This document shows positions 1 through 8,433 of a stretch of 64,000 nt of DNA, one piece after another. The stretch is from NCBI GenBank assembly GCA_020854775.1, contig JAHKLZ010000008.1, forward strand, positions 8,221-72,220. The letters are read 5' to 3'. Under the pieces are notes generated by a model. It ran no database searches and had not been told where the DNA came from. It was given only the letters and a program-made list of their open reading frames with translations. Source of the DNA: Candidatus Woesearchaeota archaeon. Lineage in GTDB: Archaea; Nanobdellota; Nanobdellia; Woesearchaeales; 21-14-0-10-32-9. How positions within the stretch are numbered: the first letter of the stretch is position 1; every line of letters begins with the position of its first letter. A program made the translations under genes and the position numbers.

Positions 1-88
1 TTTAATTATTAGTTATTTAGTTATAGTGGAATAAGTGTCCTAAGAACAGAGGGCATCCTACAAAAATATACATTGAACACAAACATCA

Positions 89-910
89 TTATTTTTTATA
101 TGCTAAATTATGTTTAGCTCTTTGAGATGTTAATACTTGTCCAACCGCGCCTATGCTAAGAAAAGCCATAATTAAATAAATCCACCAAGTAGACTTTAAG
201 GTTATAAATGCTGTGATAAAAGGTATTGTTAAAAAATGAGCAAGTAATAATCCACCTATAACACCCACAACAATAGCCATAGTAGAATCGTTTTGTTCTT
301 CTTTTGAAATTTCATTTTTCTTTTTTGCCATTAAATATGCGAGTTTGTTATTATAATCTTCATCTTCATCGTATTCTTCATATTCTTTGTATTTTATTAT
401 GTTCCAATCTGCATATAATTTTTTTAATTCGTGTTTTTTAAAATAATATCCTTCAGAATCTTCTTCTTGGGAATGATCACCTTCTAAAAAAGCTTCAAAA
501 ACATTAAGCCCGTCATTTTTTGTATTATTCTTTATTTTTAATAATAATTTTTTCAAGATTTCTTCAGAAAAAAAATGAACTACACCCAAAGCTAAAATAA
601 CATCATATTTTTCTTCAAACTCAAAAGATTCTAAATCAGCAACAACTGTTTTTATTTTTAACTTTCTTTTCTTTGCTTCTTTGCTTAATTCTTTTATTGC
701 AGTTTTTGAAATATCTACGCAAGTAACATCAAATCCCTTTTCTGCTAAATGAAGACTATTTCCTCCTTCTCCACAACCTAAATCTAAAACTTTCCCACTC
801 GTTTTATTTTTTAATAGTTCGTGAATTATAGTTTCATCATATTCAAATGTAAATTCATAATTATTACTAGAAAACACATTTCTTTCAAAAAAATATTTTT
901 CTTCAGTCAT
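89..910 (-). CDS. Class I SAM-dependent methyltransferase (TehB-like small-molecule MTase) with C-terminal two-helix membrane anchor
   Basis: 273 aa. VLDLGCGEGGNSLHLAEKGFDV is the motif I SAM-binding loop. Acidic motif II VVAD. The C-terminal ~70 aa are hydrophobic (IVVGVIGGLLLAHFLTIPFITAFI, WWIYLIMAFLSIGAVG). Paralogous to 7670..8323. Confidence 0.7.
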   Translation of the reverse strand: MTEEKYFFERNVFSSNNYEFTFEYDETIIHELLKNKTSGKVLDLGCGEGGNSLHLAEKGFDVTCVDISKTAIKELSKEAKKRKLKIKTVVADLESFEFEEKYDVILALGVVHFFSEEILKKLLLKIKNNTKNDGLNVFEAFLEGDHSQEEDSEGYYFKKHELKKLYADWNIIKYKEYEEYDEDEDYNNKLAYLMAKKKNEISKEEQNDSTMAIVVGVIGGLLLAHFLTIPFITAFITLKSTWWIYLIMAFLSIGAVGQVLTSQRAKHNLAYKK

Positions 911-972
911 GTCATATTACCTTCAGATATTTCTTAAATCTAATCTTTTTACAATAATACTTACAAAGCTAT

Positions 973-1617
973 TCAAGTCTTTTCTTTTAATTTAGCAATT
1001 AAACAATAATGGTTGTGTTTATCGGTGTAAATTTCGAATATTTTAAAGTTCTTGAAATATTTTTTTAATAGTGCTTTTGTATAGATGTAATGAGGAACTC
1101 CTTTTTCAGGTCCGTCAAGCATAATATATGTTCTTGGTTCTATAAGTTTTACTTTAGATGCTCTTCCTTTCATTTTGTTTTTCGTGACTGTAATAAAAAC
1201 TAATCCGTTTGGTTTGAGCACTCTTTCAATTTCTGAAATGCAAAAATTGATTTCTTTTAATTTTGCATGATGTATTACTTGAGTAGAAATTATTGCATCA
1301 AAAGTATTATCTTTGTAAGGGAAAGGTTTGTAGCAAGAGGAATTTTTTAGTTTTGCTTTTAATTTTAATTCATTAAGCCACGACCTTGTATGTTTTAAAC
1401 CAGATTCAGAATTATCCATACCATAAACATCAAAACCTTCTTTTGAAAGTAAAACGATGTGCCTACCTGAACCGCATCCAAGATCAAGAACTTTTTTTAC
1501 TTTATTTTTTTTAAAAAGATTTATGACTTTATTCATATCTTCGTGTGGCTTATGAAAAACTTTTCCGCTTTTTTTAAATATTGCATCCCAACCCATAAAC
1601 ATCTTATATACAGACAT
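973..1617 (-). CDS. Class I SAM-dependent methyltransferase
   Basis: 214 aa. VLDLGCGSGRHIVLLSKEGFDVYGMD glycine-rich SAM loop. VLKPNGLVFI post-II motif. Confidence 0.7.
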   Translation of the reverse strand: MSVYKMFMGWDAIFKKSGKVFHKPHEDMNKVINLFKKNKVKKVLDLGCGSGRHIVLLSKEGFDVYGMDNSESGLKHTRSWLNELKLKAKLKNSSCYKPFPYKDNTFDAIISTQVIHHAKLKEINFCISEIERVLKPNGLVFITVTKNKMKGRASKVKLIEPRTYIMLDGPEKGVPHYIYTKALLKKYFKNFKIFEIYTDKHNHYCLIAKLKEKT

Positions 1618-1718
1618 TTATATATAAATTTTTGGAAAGAACTGGCTAATAGGAACTTCTTTGTTTTCTGAAAAAAATTCACAATATTGCTTTTTCATAC
1701 AAATTAATAATTGAAAAA

Positions 1719-1840
1719 GAAACATTTATAAGAATCAAGCACTCAATACGTTTTGTAAGTAATTCTTTTAATCAAAACCGAACAAAGACACGTGTTCGCA
1801 CATCGCTGTGTGGGAATCATCTCAGTATCTGCAGTTATTA
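1719..1840 (+). repeat. Direct repeat copy A (~122 bp, ~93% identical to 5531..5652). Core is locally GC-rich and contains the hairpin cgaaca-aagacacg-tgttcg
   Basis: Near-exact match to 5531..5652. Core tgttttgtaagtaattcttttaatcaaaaccgaacaaagacacgtgttcgcacatcgctgtgt[ggg/aaa]aatcatctcagtatctgcagttatta. Lies ~70 nt upstream of a plus-strand ORF. Confidence 0.85.
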
Positions 1841-1912
1841 TTTATTAGTGATTAATTTATTCTTTTTTAGAAATTTTTTGAAAAAAACTAAGAAATATTT
1901 ATAAAATGAAAC

Positions 1913-2152
1913 TTGTTTATTGTTATTATGAACTACGGCGCACAATCTTTAATTCACGAAAAAACATATTTGAAAAAGTTTAATTTGATATATGGTAAAT
2001 TAAATAGCAAGCCTGATAAAGTTTTAAAAAGATATAAATCTTTTTTAAATTATAAAACTAAATCTTTTTGTTTGTTATCTTTATTTGATTCCGATACTCA
2101 AATTAAATTAAATTCTATAGATGACATATTGACAATAAGAAATATTAAGTAA
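1913..2152 (+). CDS. Small hypothetical protein (79 aa), lysine-rich
   Basis: Only an ORF, with no recognisable motif. Sits directly downstream of repeat copy A. May be spurious. Confidence 0.25.
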   Translation: MFIVIMNYGAQSLIHEKTYLKKFNLIYGKLNSKPDKVLKRYKSFLNYKTKSFCLLSLFDSDTQIKLNSIDDILTIRNIK

Positions 2153-2153
2153 C

Positions 2154-2924
2154 TTATTTTAATGCTTTAATTAAACTAGTTTTTATTTTTTTACAAGAAA
2201 AAATTATTTCTTTCTCATGGAATTTAGGAACCCAATTAAAATTTTTGTCTACAAAATCACTCAGTATAAAAATAGAAGAAACTTGTACATCTCTATATTT
2301 AGCTATCGTAAAAAGTGCCGCAGACTCCATATCTATACAAACCGTACCTTCTTTTCTATATTTTTCCGCTTTCTTCTTAGATTCTTTATATCCTGCATCA
2401 GTAGTCCAAGAAATGCCTTCCTTAAAAAATATATTATCAGACTTAAAAAAATCTTTTATTTTATTATTTAAAGAGCCACTAGGATATGCATATTTTGATG
2501 CTTTTTCATAATGATAAGAAACACCTTCATCCCTAATAGATTTATCACATAAATAAATATCTCCTGCATTACCCTCAGAAATACTCCCACTTATACCAAC
2601 AGTTATGAATCTTTTTACACCTCTGACAATTAATCTTTCAAATAATAAAGAAGATAAAGGCGCACCTATTCCAAATACAATCACACCACATTTATGTTTA
2701 TTAAATATCAGTTCATAAAATTCATATTGACCTAATAAAGTCTCAACTAAAATTAATTTCTCACCATCTACAAATGAATTGAATAATTCTTTTTGAAAGA
2801 ATATAAAACAAGCATCAGGATATTGTTTTTTATGAGAAAATTTCAATTCATACATATATTCATCTTCAGGAGTAATTATGTCCTCATCATAAGGATTATT
2901 ATCTAATATTGGAATTTCATTCAT
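2154..2924 (-). CDS. Nucleoside phosphorylase family protein (PNP/UDP-1 fold; MTA/purine nucleoside phosphorylase-like)
   Basis: TVCIDMESAALFTIAKYRDV resembles the (M)ESAA motif of the PNP/MTAN family. A glycine-rich FGIGAPLSS and GISGSISEG are present. The track ORF starts at 2975 but overlaps GT2. The ATG at 2922-2924 (MNEIPILD) lies 2 nt after the GT2 stop, so I chose it as the start. Confidence 0.55.
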   Translation of the reverse strand: MNEIPILDNNPYDEDIITPEDEYMYELKFSHKKQYPDACFIFFQKELFNSFVDGEKLILVETLLGQYEFYELIFNKHKCGVIVFGIGAPLSSLLFERLIVRGVKRFITVGISGSISEGNAGDIYLCDKSIRDEGVSYHYEKASKYAYPSGSLNNKIKDFFKSDNIFFKEGISWTTDAGYKESKKKAEKYRKEGTVCIDMESAALFTIAKYRDVQVSSIFILSDFVDKNFNWVPKFHEKEIIFSCKKIKTSLIKALK

Positions 2925-3768
2925 TTTTATATAACTCAGTAGGAAATTTGTTCCCATCAAACAATACAGATACAAGGAAGCTTTTTTTATTTATATTATT
3001 TATGTTTCTTCTAGTAGTAGAATCATATTTCTTTATTTCATTGAGTAACTTGATACTTGGTTCTTGAGCTATTTCTTCTAAAGACTTGAAATTTGTTCCT
3101 AAATGATAGCCTGTACAATCATCAACTAAAGATACACAATAATTTTGTCTTAACAACCTTAACCCAAAATCTTCATCAAACCCACCCCACGAAACAAAAT
3201 CTTCATCTATCCCATTTAAATCGTAAAAAATGCTTTTTTTTATTCCTAAATTGCCACCCCACACCTTAGAATGAAAATCTATGTCTTTGAGTACTCCTTT
3301 CCTAGGATCAATATCAGATATCAAACCCTTTTGAAGTTTGTTAAATCTTTTATTTTTAATATCTTCAAAAGAAATTTGAGACAAAAAGTCTGTTGTTACA
3401 TAAAGAAGTCTGCCTAAAACTACTTTTTGAGAATTTTGTTCAAAATGATTTTCATAATCTTGAATCCATTGAGGAACAGTTATTATATCATCATCTAAAA
3501 AGATTAAATATTTCCCTTCAGCGAACTTAGCCCCTATATTTCTCATTTGTGGAACATTATAACCTTCTTTATCCAATCTTATGTATCTGCAAGGAATTTT
3601 TGAAGAATATAAATAATCCTTACAAAAATCTTTTGTGCCATCCTCAGATCCATCATCAACAATATTAATTTCAAAATTTTTATTTGATTGATTCTCTAAA
3701 CTAACTAATGTTTTTTTAAGAGTTTCTTGTCTGTTGAATGTTGTTAAAATTACAGTGTATTTCGCCAT
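2917..3768 (-). CDS. Glycosyltransferase family 2
   Basis: N-terminal TVILTTFNRQETLKKTLVSLENQ...NIVDDGSEDGT (GT-A fold). DDD at the IFLDDD motif. C-terminal GGN...DEDFG...RL acceptor motifs. Confidence 0.8.
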   Translation of the reverse strand: MAKYTVILTTFNRQETLKKTLVSLENQSNKNFEINIVDDGSEDGTKDFCKDYLYSSKIPCRYIRLDKEGYNVPQMRNIGAKFAEGKYLIFLDDDIITVPQWIQDYENHFEQNSQKVVLGRLLYVTTDFLSQISFEDIKNKRFNKLQKGLISDIDPRKGVLKDIDFHSKVWGGNLGIKKSIFYDLNGIDEDFVSWGGFDEDFGLRLLRQNYCVSLVDDCTGYHLGTNFKSLEEIAQEPSIKLLNEIKKYDSTTRRNINNINKKSFLVSVLFDGNKFPTELYKNE

Positions 3769-3770
3769 TT

Positions 3771-4496
3771 TTATTTATCCAACCTCCTAATTTCAATGTC
3801 ATTTTTGTTTAAAAAATGAAAAATATCCTCTAGATTTTTTGAATAATCACCCAACATATAATTGTGATGTAACAATATTCCTAAAAAACCATCTCTCTTT
3901 AGTTTCTTTTCAATATGAGGTATTAATGTTGCAGAATCATAAATTTTTTTTGTTGTATAATTTTCAATAATATCAATATTAACCGGAATAGACATAATTT
4001 TTTCCGATATCAACTCTATTTCAGAACCATATCCTGATATTAAATCATAATTTTGTTCAATCAACAATTCAATTTGAGGAAATTCATGTCGGGGAGGCAC
4101 AAATGACAAGACATTATTGTCAAAAAAATTTGAGAACAATAATTTGCCTTTTTGTAATCTTTTTGTATTATCTGCAATAGAAATGCTTGAATGAAACTCA
4201 CTATAATCTCCATTATGAGCAACATAATTTGTTCCATGATTAAACCCATGTTGCATAGTAAAAATATTGTCATCATATAACAATTTTGCCGAATCAAAAT
4301 CCATAAACCGGATTTCTGATGGTATAACTGCCACATTTAAAGGAATATTTCTATCAATAAAGAGCTTTGCTAAAACTTTAAATTTATCATTATCATAACC
4401 GACATCGTCATCTCTAAAAAATGCAAAAGGTTTAACACTAATTTTTCTTGAGATTTTTTTCATTCTCCAATCCGGTACATAATCAATATTATTCAT
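3771..4496 (-). CDS. Polysaccharide deacetylase-like / DUF2334-like carbohydrate esterase (tentative)
   Basis: 241 aa. FFRDDDV and HGFNHGTNYVAH resemble the Asp and His metal motifs of NodB-type deacetylases. The match is weak. Confidence 0.35.
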   Translation of the reverse strand: MNNIDYVPDWRMKKISRKISVKPFAFFRDDDVGYDNDKFKVLAKLFIDRNIPLNVAVIPSEIRFMDFDSAKLLYDDNIFTMQHGFNHGTNYVAHNGDYSEFHSSISIADNTKRLQKGKLLFSNFFDNNVLSFVPPRHEFPQIELLIEQNYDLISGYGSEIELISEKIMSIPVNIDIIENYTTKKIYDSATLIPHIEKKLKRDGFLGILLHHNYMLGDYSKNLEDIFHFLNKNDIEIRRLDK

Positions 4497-4908
4497 TTTC
4501 TGGAACTATTATATCGTTATTTATTAAATCGTCAAAATCAAATAACACATCTTTTTTTTCAAAACTTTTTTTAGAATTTAATAATTTTAAAGTATTATCA
4601 TCAAATCTTATAAAATCCCCAATATAATCATTATAAACTCCTTTATGAGATACATAACACCAAGGAGCCAAGACAAAATAATCAGAAGACTTTTTTGTTT
4701 TTAAAATTAATTTTTTATTTTTGACCACATTTTCAAAAACTCGTAAATATTTTTCTAACATACTTTGATAATTAAAATTTGTTTTAATATAATTATGAAC
4801 AATAGTAAAATCTTTTTTTGGAGAATCAAATATTTTAATAATTTGTTTATTTAATAAAAGTTCATCTTTATAATCTATTAAATTTACACAATCCATGTTT
4901 TCAGGCAA
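4489..4908 (-). CDS. Hypothetical protein (139 aa)
   Basis: ORF only. Overlaps the deacetylase-like gene by 8 nt, which suggests co-transcription. No recognisable motif. Confidence 0.35.
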   Translation of the reverse strand: MPENMDCVNLIDYKDELLLNKQIIKIFDSPKKDFTIVHNYIKTNFNYQSMLEKYLRVFENVVKNKKLILKTKKSSDYFVLAPWCYVSHKGVYNDYIGDFIRFDDNTLKLLNSKKSFEKKDVLFDFDDLINNDIIVPENE

Positions 4909-5389
4909 GTTATATCTTAAAGCACATAATGAACAACACGGTTTAGAATCAGTATCATTACGCTTTTTTAATATTTATGGACCTAAACAAGATTCAAGAA
5001 TGGTAATTCCTAGATTTTTTGAACAAGCAATTTCAAATAAACCCATCCCGATTTATGGTTCCGGACAACAAACAAGAGATTTTACATACATTGATGATGC
5101 AATTAAAGCAACAATACTTTTAAGTGAAAAAAGTAAAGGTTGCGAAATAGTCAACATAGCTAATGAGAAAGAATTAAATATTAAAGATTTAGCAGAAAAA
5201 ATACTCACAATCACAAATTCTTCTTCCAAAATAGAATTTATTAATACCATAAATAAAAGATATGATTATGAAGTTGAAAGAAGATTTGGTTGCGCTGAAA
5301 AATTATTTTCAATTACTAAATATAAACCTAAAACAAATATAGATGAAGGATTAAGAAAAATTTTTGAACACTACAATAAAAATAATTAG
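4895..5389 (+). pseudogene. C-terminal fragment of an NAD-dependent sugar epimerase/dehydratase (extended SDR). The N-terminal Rossmann half is missing
   Basis: VSLRFFNIYGPKQDSRMVIPRFFEQAISNKPIPIYGSGQQTRDFTYIDDAI matches the C-terminal half of GalE/RmlB-type enzymes. There is no GxxGxxG or YxxxK region upstream in any plus-strand frame. A minus-strand gene abuts immediately upstream. Confidence 0.6.
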
Positions 5390-5530
5390 GATAGATATTA
5401 AATTAGTAATTATTTATCAAACAACTATTCATTAAAATATTAGCGCTTATTCACAATAGAGAACAAATTCTTCTTAAAAGAACAAAAATTAACAAGTGTT
5501 AATTAAATTTAACAAAAAGTAGTAAAAAAA

Positions 5531-5652
5531 GAAACATTCATAAGATTCAATCACTCATTATGTTTTGTAAGTAATTCTTTTAATCAAAACCGAACAAAGA
5601 CACGTGTTCGCACATCGCTGTGTAAAAATCATCTCAGTATCTGCAGTTATTA
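5531..5652 (+). repeat. Direct repeat copy B (partner of 1719..1840)
   Basis: See copy A. Lies ~100 nt upstream of the MNT/HEPN pair on the plus strand. Confidence 0.85.
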
Positions 5653-5753
5653 CCATTTAGTATCAAATACTCTGTGTTTCTTTTGAAAATCATTTCATCA
5701 AAACACATTTTTAGAAAACTTTATATACTAAATGTGGTTAATATTAACCAAAT

Positions 5754-6329
5754 ATGGATAATAAGTATAAAGTTGTGCTTTTTCTTGCAAAGAAAAATGA
5801 ATCATACACTTTGCTAGAATTAAGTAAACAAGTAAAAATTCCTTATACAACGCTTCTCAGAGTAGTTAATAAACTAAACGATGTAACTACGACGATTACA
5901 AAAGGCAAGTCTAAATTAATACAAATAAAATGGAACGACATAACGACTTCTATGCTCGTTGTTGCATCTTTTGAAGAAAAAAAAGAATTCTTAAAAAAAC
6001 ATCCATTAATCAAGAAAATATCTGAGCAAGTTCAAGATATTGCTTTAGTTTTTGGAAGTTATGCTAAAGGCACACAAAAAAAAAACAGCGACATAGATTT
6101 AATCATAATAAATACTAAAGGTGAGAAGAGTGTTAGTTTTTCTAATTTAGAGATTTTGTACGACATAAAAATAAACCCTATGTTTTTTACAAAAAAAGAA
6201 TTTAAACTAATGCTTCGAGACAAAGAAGAAAACGTAGCAAAACAAGCACTAAAAAATCACGTATTACTTACTGGATTTAAAGAATTCTGGGAGGAAGTAA
6301 AAAATGCAATTTCAAAAAGAAATATATAA
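5754..6329 (+). CDS. Minimal nucleotidyltransferase (MNT) antitoxin with N-terminal winged-helix domain
   Basis: ALVFGSYAKGTQKKNSDIDLIII is the GSx9-13 Dx(D/E) Pol-beta NTase motif. The N-terminal ~70 aa have an HTH-like TLLELSKQVKIPYTTLLRVVNKL. Overlaps the downstream HEPN gene by 26 nt. Confidence 0.7.
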   Translation: MDNKYKVVLFLAKKNESYTLLELSKQVKIPYTTLLRVVNKLNDVTTTITKGKSKLIQIKWNDITTSMLVVASFEEKKEFLKKHPLIKKISEQVQDIALVFGSYAKGTQKKNSDIDLIIINTKGEKSVSFSNLEILYDIKINPMFFTKKEFKLMLRDKEENVAKQALKNHVLLTGFKEFWEEVKNAISKRNI

Positions 6330-6816
6330 TGAAAAGTTCAAAAAACTCTTAAAAGAAGATTTAATAGTGAACTCGAATGCTCAATTCAAGATCAAATTAT
6401 TTTTGAAAAAAGCCGAAAACAGTTATTTAATTGCGAATCATCATAAAACTCAAAAAGAAAATCCTGAACAAATATATTGGTGGCAATGGGCAATCACAAT
6501 AAGTTATTACTCAATGCTTTATGCAGCTAAAGCAGCAATTCTTCAAAAAGGATACGAAGTAAAAACACACGAAGCAGCAGAAGTTGCTCTTGGACATTTA
6601 CTCGTACCAAATAAATTAGAACTCGAAGACTTAGAATTATTAAATCAAACACATAAAGCATTCGAAGAAGAATACATAACATATTTTCAAGACGCAAGAA
6701 TAGAAAGTAGCACCTCAAGATATCAAGCAAGACCATCATACACCGAAAAAAGAGTAACTGAGATATTAAAAAACGCGAAGAAATTCATAAACAAAATAGA
6801 TAAAATACTTGAGTAA
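6304..6816 (+). CDS. HEPN domain protein (toxin partner of MNT)
   Basis: 170 aa, all-helical, with an Rx4-6H-like C-terminal region (SRYQARPSYTEKRV and KTHEAAEVALGH). Classical overlapping arrangement with the preceding MNT. Confidence 0.55.
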   Translation: MQFQKEIYNEKFKKLLKEDLIVNSNAQFKIKLFLKKAENSYLIANHHKTQKENPEQIYWWQWAITISYYSMLYAAKAAILQKGYEVKTHEAAEVALGHLLVPNKLELEDLELLNQTHKAFEEEYITYFQDARIESSTSRYQARPSYTEKRVTEILKNAKKFINKIDKILE

Positions 6817-6821
6817 TCCAT

Positions 6822-7661
6822 ATGATAAATAAAAAACTTTCATGCGGATTTGAAATGCCTGCTTTAGGTATTGGCACTTATTCTTTTGGTGGTGAATATG
6901 AACGTGATGAATCTAGAAAAGATGAATGGATTCAAGCAATCAAGGACGCGATAGAGTTAGGTTATACTCATATTGATACCGCAGAAATTTATGGTGCGGT
7001 TTTTACTGAGGAATTGGTTGCTGAGGCAATACGAGGCGTTGATAGGTCTAAGCTATTCTTAACTTCTAAGGTTTGGCCCACTAATTTTTCGTACGACTCT
7101 GTTTTAGAATCTGCTAAAGCTTCACTTAAAAGGCTTAATACAACTTATTTAGATTTGTATTTGCTTCATTCATTCAACCCAAATATTCCATTAAGTGAAA
7201 CTATGCGTGCTATGAATGAATTAGTTGATAAAGGCTTAGTTAAGCATGTTGGTGTTTGTAATTTTACTGCTAAGCAATTATTAGATGCTCAGAAAGTTTC
7301 TAAAGCTAAAATCGTTGTGAATCAAATGAAGCACAGTTTATGGGTTAAAAACAAGCCTGATATTGAAACCTTTAAGTTTTGTCAAGAAAATGATATCTTG
7401 ATTACTGCGTACAAGATTTTTGGCAGAAACAAAATAAATAACGATAAAATTGATTTGCTTGAAGAAATGAGTAAAAAATACGAGTTAAGTGTACATCAAT
7501 TAATGATTGCCTGGGTTTTATCAAAGAAAAACTTCACAACAATCTTTACATCAATGCATAAAGATCATTTAAAATCTAACTTGGATGCTCTAAATGTAAG
7601 AATAACTTCTGATGATGTAGCCTTATTAGATGAAGAATTGTTAATAAATAGATTTAACTAA
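6822..7661 (+). CDS. Aldo/keto reductase family oxidoreductase
   Basis: MPALGIGTY, GYTHIDTAEIYG (the catalytic Asp/Tyr region), KHVGVCNF and ITAYKIFG are all AKR signatures. Confidence 0.8.
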   Translation: MINKKLSCGFEMPALGIGTYSFGGEYERDESRKDEWIQAIKDAIELGYTHIDTAEIYGAVFTEELVAEAIRGVDRSKLFLTSKVWPTNFSYDSVLESAKASLKRLNTTYLDLYLLHSFNPNIPLSETMRAMNELVDKGLVKHVGVCNFTAKQLLDAQKVSKAKIVVNQMKHSLWVKNKPDIETFKFCQENDILITAYKIFGRNKINNDKIDLLEEMSKKYELSVHQLMIAWVLSKKNFTTIFTSMHKDHLKSNLDALNVRITSDDVALLDEELLINRFN

Positions 7662-7669
7662 AATTTTAA

Positions 7670-8323
7670 TCATTTTATTCTTTTTGCATAAATTACTCTA
7701 ATCATCAGATTTGAGTTTCTGCTTTTTACTTGATAGTGTTTTTCAATCTTAAAGTTGGTACTCAATAATTTAGTAAAGTCTTCGTATGAAATAAATGTTG
7801 TGTAGTGGCCTTTTTTGTTAATTATCCAATTTCTTTTATTTGGATGTTTAGGAAGCTTCTTATTTTCTTCACAATTACTTATGCTATGAACATAAAAATA
7901 TCCTCCTATGTTTAAATTTTCTAAAAGTGCTTCTTTATAAGTTTTCCAATAATATCTCCTAATATGATGTAAACATCCACAATCAATAACTACGTCGAAC
8001 TTATTTTTTGATTCATACTTTAGTATGCTGGAAACTTGAAAGCTAGGATTTACTTTTTGTTTAATAGAATTAATCTTAGCAATTTTTATTGCTGTTTTTG
8101 AAAAATCTACCCCTGTTGATTTAAATCCTTTTTTTTGAAAGAATATTGTGTTTTTACCGTTACCACAACCTATATCTAATAAACATCCTCTTATTTTTTT
8201 TAATTTCAAAAAATCATTGAATTTTTTAACAGATTCATCTATTTCTTCTGTTTTATATGCTTGATGTGATTCTTTGCTCCAACTATGTTCCATGTATTTT
8301 TTTTCAAGTATATCTTTTATCAT
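7670..8323 (-). CDS. Class I SAM-dependent methyltransferase (TehB-like). Paralogue of 89..910
   Basis: LLDIGCGNGKNTIFFQKKGFKSTGVDFSKTAIKIAK parallels VLDLGCGEGGNSLHLAEKGFDVTCVDISKTAIKELSK. The KFDVVIDCGCLHH motif is also present. Confidence 0.7.
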   Translation of the reverse strand: MIKDILEKKYMEHSWSKESHQAYKTEEIDESVKKFNDFLKLKKIRGCLLDIGCGNGKNTIFFQKKGFKSTGVDFSKTAIKIAKINSIKQKVNPSFQVSSILKYESKNKFDVVIDCGCLHHIRRYYWKTYKEALLENLNIGGYFYVHSISNCEENKKLPKHPNKRNWIINKKGHYTTFISYEDFTKLLSTNFKIEKHYQVKSRNSNLMIRVIYAKRIK

Positions 8324-8402
8324 TATTTAACATAAACAAAGTATTTTTATTTAAATAATCATTGTTTTATGTTTTTTATTCTAATTGTTCATTTTTCAAT
8401 AT

Positions 8403-8432
8403 TTTTATAAATGACTAGTGCACTCTTGTTCT
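8403..8432 (+). promoter_or_regulatory. Putative proS promoter. The TATA-like tttataaa lies ~25 nt upstream of the ATG, so the transcript is probably leaderless
   Basis: tttttataaatgactagtgcactcttgttcttATG. No Shine-Dalgarno sequence is present. The TATA spacing fits an archaeal leaderless start. Confidence 0.3.
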
Positions 8433-8433
8433 T

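Noticed and set aside
1719-1840. Considered whether the 122-bp repeat is a C/D-box sRNA or the 3' half of a tRNA (an integrase att site)
   Set aside because: Neither strand has a RUGAUGA / CUGA box arrangement. There is no T-arm-like GTTCGAATC, acceptor stem or CCA context. No integrase or recombinase gene lies in or near the cassette. It is kept as a repeat of unknown function.
2217-2511. Plus-strand ORFs 2217..2471 and 2245..2511 inside the PNP-like gene. The same applies to other antisense or embedded ORFs: 4061..4336, 5053..5250, 6527..6739, 8549..8782, 8803..9093, 9994..10239, 10748..10939, 11344..11577, 12007..12207, 13105..13305, 16486..16740, 17930..18211, 20744..21044, 22319..22504, 22814..23026, 25581..25826, 28700..29035, 29260..29511, 29752..29982, 32314..32520, 33155..33605, 36477..37005, 38198..38503, 39003..39188, 40585..40788, 41249..41497, 42412..42594, 43410..43598, 43939..44235, 44882..45091, 47295..47682, 48355..48558, 53879..54157, 54984..55322, 55946..56254, 56637..56924, 57040..57387, 58170..58727, 59395..59673, 60076..60628, 60717..61025, 62105..62389, 62642..62878 and 63106..63318
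   Set aside because: They are entirely embedded in, or antisense to, long ORFs with clear homology. They are low-complexity, often Leu/Phe/Ile-rich, which is typical of the antisense reading of A-rich coding strands. None has its own motif or ribosome-binding site.
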